Assembly (NCBI GenBank): GCA_965199955.1
Contig: CBDATQ010000001.1
Span: 448,001 to 512,000 of the forward strand
Direction: 5' to 3'
Source of the DNA: Spirochaetia bacterium
GTDB lineage: Bacteria; Spirochaetota; Spirochaetia; SZUA-6; Bin103
DNA length: 64,000 bases
Shown here one piece after another: positions 54,909 to 64,000 of the stretch (positions within the stretch are counted from its first letter, which is position 1; each line of letters opens with the position of its first letter). The notes below the pieces were generated by a model, which saw only the letters and a program-made list of their open reading frames with translations, was not told where the DNA came from and ran no database searches. Position numbers and translations under genes: made by a program.

Positions 54909-56593
54909 ATGAAAAAGATACCTCTTCTACTGTTAGTGGGGTTGTTGGGATTCTCTGCTTTCGCCACCGGTACCGGCGAGGAAAGCGATACCTCAGCACC
55001 TGCGGCGACCATGGCAACAGGGGACTTCGAGTGGGAGTATATGGCGGATACGTCGCCGATCACCATCCAGTTCTGGCAAAATACGTGGGGGGGTTGCAGG
55101 CCCGCAGTTCGCTGGGACGATGGTATGGTCTCCCAATTCATCACCCAGCAAACCGGTGTAACGCTCGATATGGAAGTGCTGGAGGGTGAAGAAGACGAAG
55201 TATTGGCACCGATGATCGCATCGGGTGACCTGCCGGAAATGCTGGCGTTCGGAAATTACACAAGTCCGCTGCTCCAGCAGATCATCGATGCCGGCATGGT
55301 ACACGCGATCGGTGACCTGATCGATGAATACGCTCCCAAGACGTGGGATCTGGTGCCGCCTGCATATCACACGTACCATACTGCCGATGACGGCAAGATG
55401 TGGTACTGGGCAGGGTTCATGTACTATGCCGAGGTGATGGAGGCCTTCGAGGAGATAAACGTGCCTTTCACGAGTGGAGAAGGCATCATGTTCACCAGGA
55501 GGGACATCCTCGAGGCTACGGCAAAGACGACATAACCACGCTGAGCGAGTACGACGACTATCTCAGATTCGCTCATGAAAACTATCCGGATGTCCTGCCG
55601 ATCGACTTCGGCGGCAGCGTGTCAGACCTGTTGTTCGGAAGGGCCGGTAACAACATGTTCCGAGGTACGTTCGGCATGCACGTCTCCGGATACTACCCGC
55701 AGGGCGACGAGGTGCAACTGCTATTCAGAGATCCCAAGTATCTGGAGTTCCTGCAATGGTTGAATAGCCTGTACCAGGATGGCCTGATCACAAGGGGCCA
55801 ATTCACCGAACAGACGCAGCAATCCGAGGAGAGACTGTACTCGGCCGGCTACGTGAGTACCGTGGGCGCCATCTTCAATGTCGATAACACGGTCAATACG
55901 ACCATCAGGCAAAATGACGGCAACGACGACAGGACGTACACCGACATCGGCCCGATCGTGAAGCAGGGCGTCGAGTTCACGAAACCGACGATCAGAAACA
56001 AGGGCTACAACGGGCTGGTAATAACCAAGAACGCCGAGCGGCCCGACAGAGCCATCAGGTTCCTCCAATGGGCACTCACCGAGGAGGGGCAAACCACGTT
56101 GATCCTGGGCGCTGAGGGAGAAACGTGGGACTGGGTTGATGGCAAGAAAGTGATGAAGCAATCAGCTCAGGATGAGCTGAACGCCAGCTTCGTGGACTAT
56201 GCCACGAAGTACGGTGTCCTCTGCAGATGGGTGCCGTTCTGCGATACTTACTACTGGACGCTGTATGTGGATGACTATCTTGGGGCCTCACCCGAACACA
56301 GGGCAACCATGGAGCAACGGCTCAAGCCGTTCGTGGTCGATGCCTGGGATCTCGGATTTGCGGAACTGGCAAGTTCATGGTTGCCTGGCAGCGACGTTGA
56401 CATCAAGCACACCCAGGTGGAGGAGGCGATGGCCGTCGCCGCATCCAGAATGGTGGTTGCCGATTCTGCGGAAGAGCTCATGAAGATCTACAACGCAGCG
56501 TTGGAAGAGATCGATCGTCTGGGCGCCCGCGACGTGGAGACCGCCTTGACCGAGGAGCATGGGAGACAATTGGCGCAGCTCGGCAGACAGTGA
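54909..56593 (+). CDS. Carbohydrate ABC transporter extracellular solute-binding protein; apparent frameshift at ~55515
   Basis: Signal ...FATGTGEE; TGVTL, MIASGDLPE, R.DIL; continues in another frame as YGKDDITT...PDRAIRFL.W. Confidence 0.85.
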
Positions 56594-56662
56594 GTTGAGG
56601 ATGTGCATTTGTTCTTCGGCCGAATAGCACACGGCTCGGCCGAAGACGGTTGCACTCGGACG

Positions 56663-56707
56663 AAAGACCTTCAGGCACGTGAGAATCCCGGGCCTGAAGG
56701 TCTTTTT
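56663..56707 (+). terminator. Intrinsic terminator / stabilising hairpin after the SBP gene
   Basis: aaagaccttcaggc...gcctgaaggtcttt followed by T residues; a second hairpin lies at ~56613-56647. Confidence 0.8.
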
Positions 56708-56757
56708 GTGTAAGTGACTACCAGCGATCAGGTCGGGTCGGGAGCCAGGGAGCAAGA

Positions 56758-59412
56758 GTGAGAACCATAGCCATCATAAGGAACGAGAGTGAGCTGAAGG
56801 GGACGCTGCAGATAACGCACGGCGAGATATCCGGATTGGAGCGCGAAAACTGTACTGGAGATATAGATCAGGAGGGACGGAGCTTCGCGCTCGCTGCAGA
56901 CGGCGAGTGCAGATTGAAGGTAACCATCGACAGGCATTCACTCGAACCTGGCGCCTTCGCGACCATCGTAAGCCTCATCACGACCGATGATGGCTTCAGC
57001 TTCTTCTTGAGAGACGTAAGCAAGGACTACCCGGTTTACGTCGCTGAATACAAGACGATAGTGACAGACGGAGACGACCGGCGCAGCTTCGATGCGATCG
57101 CGCAGGAGATCGACTCCAGGAACGGGCGCTCCAAGCTCGAGGAGTATGCATGTGCCGAGGAGGAGTCCTTCGATAGCGCGGCCAGGGAGACCAGGGAGCT
57201 GAAGTGCGTGACCTGGCTGGGCATCAGCCGTGACATAAGGGTATTCGAGATCGGCACCAGATTGACGTCGGGCACCGCGGACCCGTGGGACTGGGTCAAA
57301 CCGAGATATCACAAGCGGGATGTCACGGTTCCTGAGCTCGGCGACGAGGGGATCGTTTACAATTATTTCGCGGGCAGAGGACTGGGCTGCATACAGGGCC
57401 TGGAGCGCAGGCTCGAGGACGGAGTATTGCCCATCCTGGATACGAAGCACGCGGATGAGGACGTCGTGTATGCGTCGAAAATGTTCGTGACGCTCGAAAA
57501 GGACGTCTTGCGCGAAGACCGCGTTGAGGGCACCAACATACTGGTCGCCGATCACTACTCGGAAGCGAGCATGCTGACGGCGGACCAGAAGGCGGAAATG
57601 GAGAAGATACATGATCGGGAGATCCTCAAGGAGGAAGAGCCGGTCATGTACATCAGAGTCACTGCCACCAACACGGGCGGCGCGCCGCGGTACTCCTGGG
57701 TTCGTATTCCGGAGGCGAATGTCTTCGTCAACCCAGGCAAATCGAGCCTCAGTTCGTCCTACGAGAATGCGACGGGCTATGGATCCTTTAGCGATGAACA
57801 GGTGTACCTGGTAGCGACGCTGAACGGCAGGCCTGTGCCGCAGCAGGAAATGGCAGTGCTGCTCGCGCCGGGTGAGAGCATCGAATACCTGTTCAAGATT
57901 CCGCATCGGCCCGTATCAACGGAGAGAGCGGATGCGCTCGCGGGACAAACATATCGCAGACATTACGATGCGTGCAAGGCCTTTTGGACGCGCAAGATCG
58001 ATCGCATGGCGTCGGTGAGCGTGCCGGAGAAGAGAATCGAGGAGATGATGCGGGCAGGAAAGCTGCACTTGGATCTTGTCTGCTATGGCAATGAACCGAA
58101 TGCGTCGGTAGCTCCCGTCGTCGGGGTCTACAGCCCCATCGGCTCCGAAAGCTCACCCATTATTCAGTACCTGGATTCGGTTGGGGACCACGACCTCGCC
58201 AGAAGAGCGATAATGTACTTCATCGAGAAACAGCATGACGATGGATTCATGCAGAATTTCGGCAACTACATGCTGGAGACCGGGGCTGTGCTTTGGAACA
58301 TCGGTGAGCATTACCGGTACACGAGGGACGTCGACTGGATCGGATCGATCAAGGACAACATCCTGAGGGCATGTGCTTACCTGTTCAGATGGATCGAGCG
58401 CAACGAAACGGAGGAGCTCCGCGCCAAGGGCTACTACGGGATGATCGACGGCAAGGTCGCAGACCCGGAGGACCCGTACCACTCATACATGCTGAACGGT
58501 TATGCATACCTTGGCCTGATGCGGTCAGCGGAGGTCCTGGAGGACCTGGAAAACGAAGAGTCGGAACGGATCAGAGCGCGGGCGACAAGGCTGCTGAAGA
58601 ACATCAGAAGGGCGTTGGAGAAGAACCTGAGAGAATCGCCGGTCATTCCGCTGGGAAACGGACGCTGGTGTCCCGCAGCACCCCCGTGGGCGGAAAACCG
58701 CGGTCCCGTGGTCTTGTATGCGGAGGGAGGGTCGGCGTTCACTCACGGGACCTTCACCGCGAGGGATGGACACACGGGGCCGATGTATCTGCTCTTGCAG
58801 GAAGTGGTCGATCCCAACGAAGCATACGGGGACTTTATCGTCAACAGTTCTGCGGAGCTGTTGTTCCAGCGGAACGTGATGTTCAGCCAGCCCTACTACA
58901 GTCCTCATCCATACGCACATTTGCGAAGGGGGGAGAGAAACGCATTCTTGAAGGAGTACTACAACAACGTCTCCAGTCTTGCCGATCGAGAAACCTATAC
59001 CTTCTGGGAGCACTACTACCAGGTGAGCCCCCACAAGACGCACGAAGAGGCGTGGTTCCTGATGCGAAGCCGGTGGATGCTCTATCTCGAAGACGGCGAT
59101 CACCTGTCGATCTTGCCCGGGGTCCCGCGCGAGTGGCTGACGCACGGGAAGTCGATAGACGTGAGTGGCATGAGAAGCCATTTTGGGCGCATTGACCTTC
59201 ACGTGAAGTCGAACGTCGATGATGGGACGATCACGATATCGATACGGATCAGTGACTTGATGCGCTCGCTGCCGGAGAGGATGACCGTACACGTGCCGCA
59301 CCCCACCGGCCTGAAGGCTGGAAGAGTCAGCGCCGGCGCCTATGACCGCGACCGCGAGACGGTTCTCATCGAAGGTTTTTCGGGGGAGGCGCGTTTGGAG
59401 GTCAACTGGTGA
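56758..59412 (+). CDS. Large putative glycoside hydrolase/phosphorylase with (alpha/alpha)6-barrel-like region
   Basis: ETG.VLW....HY.YT.D..W, TFWEH and L.ILPGVP.EW motifs; lies inside a sugar ABC operon. Confidence 0.6.
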   Translation: MRTIAIIRNESELKGTLQITHGEISGLERENCTGDIDQEGRSFALAADGECRLKVTIDRHSLEPGAFATIVSLITTDDGFSFFLRDVSKDYPVYVAEYKTIVTDGDDRRSFDAIAQEIDSRNGRSKLEEYACAEEESFDSAARETRELKCVTWLGISRDIRVFEIGTRLTSGTADPWDWVKPRYHKRDVTVPELGDEGIVYNYFAGRGLGCIQGLERRLEDGVLPILDTKHADEDVVYASKMFVTLEKDVLREDRVEGTNILVADHYSEASMLTADQKAEMEKIHDREILKEEEPVMYIRVTATNTGGAPRYSWVRIPEANVFVNPGKSSLSSSYENATGYGSFSDEQVYLVATLNGRPVPQQEMAVLLAPGESIEYLFKIPHRPVSTERADALAGQTYRRHYDACKAFWTRKIDRMASVSVPEKRIEEMMRAGKLHLDLVCYGNEPNASVAPVVGVYSPIGSESSPIIQYLDSVGDHDLARRAIMYFIEKQHDDGFMQNFGNYMLETGAVLWNIGEHYRYTRDVDWIGSIKDNILRACAYLFRWIERNETEELRAKGYYGMIDGKVADPEDPYHSYMLNGYAYLGLMRSAEVLEDLENEESERIRARATRLLKNIRRALEKNLRESPVIPLGNGRWCPAAPPWAENRGPVVLYAEGGSAFTHGTFTARDGHTGPMYLLLQEVVDPNEAYGDFIVNSSAELLFQRNVMFSQPYYSPHPYAHLRRGERNAFLKEYYNNVSSLADRETYTFWEHYYQVSPHKTHEEAWFLMRSRWMLYLEDGDHLSILPGVPREWLTHGKSIDVSGMRSHFGRIDLHVKSNVDDGTITISIRISDLMRSLPERMTVHVPHPTGLKAGRVSAGAYDRDRETVLIEGFSGEARLEVNW

Positions 59413-60353
59413 CGGTGGTCGGCGAGACCAGGGTTATCGGCAAGAACCGGCTGCTGAGAAAGGTCAACGAGCAGAAGTACCTGCTGCTGCTGGTCATGCC
59501 GGCCGTGGTGTGGCTGTTCATCTTTGCCTACATGCCGATATACGGGGTGATCATAGCATTCAAGGACTACAACGTGGGAATCGGCATCTGGGGGAGCCCC
59601 TGGAGCGGAATCGACCATTTCCAGGATTTGTTCACCGACAGGCTCTTTTACAACACGCTGAGAAACACGTTTCTGATAAGCGCGGCGAAGCTCGTCATGG
59701 GCTTTCCCGTGCCCATTGTATTCGCGCTCATGTTGAACGAGCTGAAGGGGATGAGACTGTTCAAGAAGAGCGTTCAGACGCTCACGTACATGCCCCATTT
59801 TCTCTCGTGGGCGTTTGTCGCGGCGTTCCTGATAACTTTCTTCTCGGAATCCGGCGTGGTCAACTACCTGTTGACCTCGCTGCGCATCGTCGGCGAGCCG
59901 TACGCGTTCCTCGCCGACAGGGTGTCGTTCTTTTCGATCGTGGTGCTAAGCGACATCTGGAAGTTCTTCGGCTTCAGCTCCATCATATACCTTGCGGCCA
60001 TCTCGACGATCAGCCCGACCCTCTATGAAGCGGCATACATGGACGGCGCATCGCGATTCCAGAGGGCTTGGTACATTACCATTCCCGGCATGAAACCGAC
60101 GGTGATAATCTTGCTGATTCTGGCGATCAGCCGGATGATGACGCAGAATTTCGAGCAACTATTTCTCATGCAGAACATCCTCGTCCTGGATGTCGCCGAG
60201 ATCCTGGAGACGTATACGTACAAGATGGGATTGCAGAAGGCCAGGTTCTCGTATTCGACCGCCGTCGGACTGTTTCAGTCGGTGGTGGCGTTCATGTTGC
60301 TGTTCTCGGCAAACAGATTCTCGAGGTGGTATACTGGTGAGAGCATTTTCTAG
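59409..60353 (+). CDS. Carbohydrate ABC transporter permease (LplB-like)
   Basis: Y.PHFLSW, LYEAA.MDGA.R.Q, AVGLFQS. Confidence 0.92.
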   Translation: MTVVGETRVIGKNRLLRKVNEQKYLLLLVMPAVVWLFIFAYMPIYGVIIAFKDYNVGIGIWGSPWSGIDHFQDLFTDRLFYNTLRNTFLISAAKLVMGFPVPIVFALMLNELKGMRLFKKSVQTLTYMPHFLSWAFVAAFLITFFSESGVVNYLLTSLRIVGEPYAFLADRVSFFSIVVLSDIWKFFGFSSIIYLAAISTISPTLYEAAYMDGASRFQRAWYITIPGMKPTVIILLILAISRMMTQNFEQLFLMQNILVLDVAEILETYTYKMGLQKARFSYSTAVGLFQSVVAFMLLFSANRFSRWYTGESIF

Positions 60354-61272
60354 CTCGGAGGTGGAATCGGATCGAAGGGAGCCTCAGAGGAAAGCCCTCG
60401 ACAAGAATACGACATTCGACTACCTCAACGTTCTCACGCTCGTGGTCCTGGCTGTCGTTTGCGTCTATCCTTGCTATCTGGTGCTGGTGTTGTCGTTGAA
60501 TGATCCCGTTGACGCACTTCGCGGGCGTCTCTTCTTTTACCCGAGGATCATTACGTTGGACAATTTCCTGTTCTTTTTCAAGGACCCAACCCTGTTTCGG
60601 GCGTTCTGCATTTCCGTCGCGAGGACGGTCATGGGATCCTTGACGAGCGTATTCTTCACCGCTTGCTTCGCGTACGGCGCGTCGAAGAAGCATCTTGTTG
60701 GCAGGAAGACGATTCTCACCTATATGCTGATAACGATGTATATCAACGGAGGTCTGATACCGTTCTTCTTGTTGATAAGGAGCATCGGTCTGTACCGGAA
60801 CTTTCTGGTGTATATCATTCCGCTTCTCTTCAACGCGTTCAACGCGATCATCATGATGACGTTCTTCAAGGGCCTGTCGGCGGAGATCGAGGAATCAGCG
60901 AAGATAGACGGCGCAAATGACCTGCGCATCTTTCTCGTGATCGTGTTGCCCGTTTCGAAAGCGGTCATCGCAGCGATAATCCTGTTCAACGCCGTTTGGC
61001 AGTGGAACAGCTGGTTCGATTCGATGATCTTTGGAGGCAAGGAGCTCGCTACGCTGCAATTCAAACTGGTGCAGATCATCAGAGACGTGGACGCCGCGAA
61101 GGAACTCGCGCTGCAGAACCCTGCGTTCGGTAACATCATGGGCTACAAGCCCACCCTGGAGTCGGTGAAGGCGACGGCGATGGCGGTGACCATCATACCG
61201 ATCATCCTGGTATATCCGTTCTTGCAGAGATACTTCGTCAAGGGGATCATGATCGGATCGATCAAGGGTTAG
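60337..61272 (+). CDS. Carbohydrate ABC transporter permease (LplC-like)
   Basis: GGLIP, EESAKIDGAND, WNSWF, YPFLQRYFVKG..IGSIKG. Confidence 0.92.
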   Translation: MRAFSSSEVESDRREPQRKALDKNTTFDYLNVLTLVVLAVVCVYPCYLVLVLSLNDPVDALRGRLFFYPRIITLDNFLFFFKDPTLFRAFCISVARTVMGSLTSVFFTACFAYGASKKHLVGRKTILTYMLITMYINGGLIPFFLLIRSIGLYRNFLVYIIPLLFNAFNAIIMMTFFKGLSAEIEESAKIDGANDLRIFLVIVLPVSKAVIAAIILFNAVWQWNSWFDSMIFGGKELATLQFKLVQIIRDVDAAKELALQNPAFGNIMGYKPTLESVKATAMAVTIIPIILVYPFLQRYFVKGIMIGSIKG

Positions 61273-61290
61273 GGCGAGCGGCCGGCGGGG

Positions 61291-61944
61291 CTACGTGAGC
61301 GTGGCGTTTGCGCAGGAGGGGCGGAGGGAGCACGCCGCACAGCGCGGCTGATGCGCCAGGCACACTTCGCGGCCATGGCGGACGAGCAGGGCGTGATACT
61401 CGCCCAGTAACTCGGGGTTGGGGGGGAGAGTGGCGGTCAGCGACCGCTGGAAGCGGGCGTAGCTTTCGTGGGCCGACGGTTCGCCGAGCCGGGAGAAGAT
61501 GCGCCGTGCGTAGGCGTCGACGACGAAAGTGGGGATGCCCACGGCGTAGAGCATGATCGCGTCGGCGGTCTCCGGACCGATGCCGTGCACGGCGAGCAGC
61601 TCGGAGCGCAGGGTCGCGGCGCCGGCCGCGCGCATCCGCGCGACATCATCGCCGTAGCGTTCGAGGTAAGCGCAGAGCGCGTGGAGCTTGCGCGCCTTGG
61701 CGCGAAAGAATCCGCTCGCGCGGATGTGGGCGGCAAGCGACTCGACGGGTTCCGCGCGCATGCGCCCGGGCGCCAACAATCCGGTGCGCCGCAGGGAATC
61801 GATCGCGCGTGCAGCGTTGGCCCAGGCGGTGCGCTGGACGAGGACGGCGCCGACCATCGTCTCGAACGACGACTCGCTCGGCCACCAGCCCTGCGGCCCG
61901 TGCTGTTCGAGGAGGAGCTCATAGACGCGGAGACGGTGGGTCAC
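61291..61944 (-). CDS. Endonuclease III-related HhH-GPD protein
   Basis: WWP, GA.LVQ.TAW, GIGPETAD, VVDAY, C-x6-C-x2-C-x5-C. Confidence 0.9.
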   Translation of the reverse strand: MTHRLRVYELLLEQHGPQGWWPSESSFETMVGAVLVQRTAWANAARAIDSLRRTGLLAPGRMRAEPVESLAAHIRASGFFRAKARKLHALCAYLERYGDDVARMRAAGAATLRSELLAVHGIGPETADAIMLYAVGIPTFVVDAYARRIFSRLGEPSAHESYARFQRSLTATLPPNPELLGEYHALLVRHGREVCLAHQPRCAACSLRPSCANATLT

Positions 61945-62017
61945 GCGTCACACGATAGCGCGAGGTACACGTTGTGAATCACCGGCGGCCGCGACAGTGT
62001 GGGGCCACGGAGGTGGC

Positions 62018-62113
62018 GTGATGGCAGGAACCGCGCAGGCGCGCGACGCCGTGGCGATCGCCGCAGCCGCCTACGAGTCGGCCCGCAGCGGCCGCACCGT
62101 GCCGCTGGGCTGA
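62018..62113 (+). pseudogene. 3'-terminal remnant of a Gfo/Idh/MocA-type oxidoreductase
   Basis: Reads ARDAVAIAAAAYESARSGRTVPLG*. Confidence 0.55.
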
Positions 62114-62154
62114 CAGGGTCGATGGATCGCACCGGTTCGGTCACAGTGGATGCC

Positions 62155-63735
62155 ATGGCACGGAGCGGAGACCGAACCGATTGGCGGCTGATCTACGTCA
62201 GCGATCCATCGAGCATGACCAACTACGACTTCGACCCGGGACACCCGCGACCGCTGATCACCACCCAGCCCACGACCGTCGAGGAGCTGCGCCGGGTGGC
62301 GGACAACATCGCGCTGAGCGGCGCCGACACGCTGATCCAGGAGGTCTACAACGCCGCCTGGACCATGTTCTTCCGCTCCGAGCGCTTCGAGTACGACGCC
62401 CGCCCGCAGCACCGGCGCTTCATTCCCCTGATGGACCAGGGAATCATGCCGCTGCAGGTGCTCCTGGAGCGGGCGCGGGCGCGCGGGATGGGCTTCATGG
62501 CCGGATTCCGGATGAACGACAGCCACGGCGCGCCCGACCAAGGCGGCATGTTCCTGCACACGCATCCGCAGTGGAAGCTCACCGAGATGCCGGACGGCGC
62601 CGCCTTCGTGCCCGGCAACCGGATGGACTTCACCTTCGAAGGCGTCCGCGACTACGTGTACGGGATCATGGAGGAGGTGGTCGACCGCTTCGACGTGGAC
62701 GGCCTGGAGCTGACGTTTCGCGAGGGTCTCTACTTCCCGGCGCCGCGCGGCGACCGCAGCATCGGCCGCGCCCGGCAGCCGCTCATGACCGCCCTCATCG
62801 AACGGGTGCGGGCGCTGCTGGACCGGCGCGGCGGCGACCGCGGACGGCGGCTGCAGCTCGGCGTGCGGGTGCCGCAGACCGTCGCGGAGTGCCATGACGT
62901 GGGTCTGGACGTGCCGGCCTGGATCGCCGCCGGACTGGTGGACTACGTGGCGCCGATGGATTCGATGTACTCGGACTTCAACCCGGCGTACGAGGAGTTC
63001 AGCTCGCTCACCGCTGGCTCCTCCTGCCGCTTCTATCCGGGCGTGCTCCCGTACTGCTCGCATCGCGACCGCTCCGGATCGCCGCTGAGTCTCGACAACT
63101 ACCGCGCGCTGGTGCACACCCTGCGGCGGCAGGGTGCCGACGGCATCTCCATCTACAACTACCAGATGCACTGGGACGGGTTCCGCTCCACCGGGCGCGA
63201 CAACGGATCGGAGACCATGTACCCGACGGCGTTGGCGCACCTGCGGGAGCTGGCCGACCCGGAACGCGTCGCGAACGGCCCGCGCCACTACCTGTTCCAC
63301 TCCATGTGGGGCGGTCTCGACGCGTATCTCCCGCGGGGGACCAGCAGCTCCGGGGCGCGGCGCGATACCGCGATTCGGCTTCAGCGCGGCGCCGAGGAAG
63401 CCTCCGGCAGCTACCCGTTCCGCCTCTACGAGGACATCGCCGCCGCCGGCCACGCGCGGCTCCACTTCCGCGTCGCGGGATTGACTCCGGCGGATCCCCT
63501 GGCGGTGGCGCTGAACGACGTTCCGATCACCGCGCCGCGCCTGCGCCGCATCTGGCACCCCGATGGGCGCGCCGCCGCGCATGGCCGGGCGCTGCCCGCC
63601 TATACGAGCTGCATGTTCGACCTGGAGCCGGGCTCGACGGCCGCCGGCGACAATCGGCTTACGGTCAGCGTGCCGCCCGGCCGGCCGGCCGAGCTGCTGA
63701 TCGACGAGGTGGAGGTGACGGTCATCCCGGCCTGA
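62155..63735 (+). CDS. GHL10/DUF187-like putative glycoside hydrolase
   Basis: FRMNDSH, HPQW, DF....VR, DVDGLEL.F, GADGI..YN; start 62122 or 62155. Confidence 0.75.
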   Translation: MARSGDRTDWRLIYVSDPSSMTNYDFDPGHPRPLITTQPTTVEELRRVADNIALSGADTLIQEVYNAAWTMFFRSERFEYDARPQHRRFIPLMDQGIMPLQVLLERARARGMGFMAGFRMNDSHGAPDQGGMFLHTHPQWKLTEMPDGAAFVPGNRMDFTFEGVRDYVYGIMEEVVDRFDVDGLELTFREGLYFPAPRGDRSIGRARQPLMTALIERVRALLDRRGGDRGRRLQLGVRVPQTVAECHDVGLDVPAWIAAGLVDYVAPMDSMYSDFNPAYEEFSSLTAGSSCRFYPGVLPYCSHRDRSGSPLSLDNYRALVHTLRRQGADGISIYNYQMHWDGFRSTGRDNGSETMYPTALAHLRELADPERVANGPRHYLFHSMWGGLDAYLPRGTSSSGARRDTAIRLQRGAEEASGSYPFRLYEDIAAAGHARLHFRVAGLTPADPLAVALNDVPITAPRLRRIWHPDGRAAAHGRALPAYTSCMFDLEPGSTAAGDNRLTVSVPPGRPAELLIDEVEVTVIPA

Positions 63736-63777
63736 CGGGCCCGTTCTGTGCTACCGGTTCTGCGCTACACTGCCCTC

Positions 63778-64000
63778 ATGGCATGGAGCGTGGTCGAGCA
63801 CATCACGATCTATCGGCAGGCGGGCTGGTACGCGGCACATCCCAACGTGGTCCGCACCCCCGGCGGGGACCTGCTGGCCCTGTTCCACCGCTCGCCGGAC
63901 CTGGGCCACGCCCACCACGGCCACCCCCTGTTCGACATACGGGCTTGCCGCTCGGACGACGAGGGCGCGACCTGGGGGCCGGCGGAGCTGGTCACCTGCG
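63778..64000 (+). CDS. Sialidase/BNR-repeat protein, truncated by the window end
   Basis: Y.AHP, Asp-box RSDDEGATW. Confidence 0.75.
   Translation, partial: MAWSVVEHITIYRQAGWYAAHPNVVRTPGGDLLALFHRSPDLGHAHHGHPLFDIRACRSDDEGATWGPAELVTC

Overview
High-GC bacterial chromosome segment. The taxon is probably a Spirochaetota member, possibly a marine host-associated lineage. This is inferred from a spirochaete-type 'FATGTGE' secretion signal, TPR/BamD-like lipoproteins and many PhyH-family dioxygenases. Layout: (1) 1-3570 is a mosaic surface-lipoprotein locus. It holds one ~865-codon gene broken by a 1-bp indel and a 19-bp tandem duplication, built from low-GC domains alternating with near-identical high-GC Ig-like modules and PTPDP linkers. 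It faces an inverted paralog whose shared module differs almost only by non-synonymous changes. (2) A complete trp operon (trpL-attenuator-trpE-trpGD-trpCF-trpB-trpA) followed by trxA. (3) Envelope and housekeeping genes (icd, LysM transglycosylase, ABC-F, phosphomannomutase, rhomboid). (4) A candidate methylated-amine catabolic cluster (DMG oxidase-like, BBOX/TauD-like, HD-domain and DmdA/GcvT-like genes) and a PhyH-rich region. (5) prfA-prmC-relA-ogt and clpS-clpA, an AAA/PD-(D/E)XK gene, a YgjP-like gene and an ATP-dependent ligase. (6) nrdR with tandem NrdR boxes, a probable ATT start and a vestigial NrdJ-type zinc ribbon, followed by cysE-cysK-yeiH. (7) A lower-GC carbohydrate ABC/glycoside-hydrolase island. 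Several single-base frameshifts in conserved genes suggest assembly indel errors. No tRNA, rRNA, CRISPR array, integrase or transposase was recognised. All product calls come from motif recognition by eye; no searches were run.
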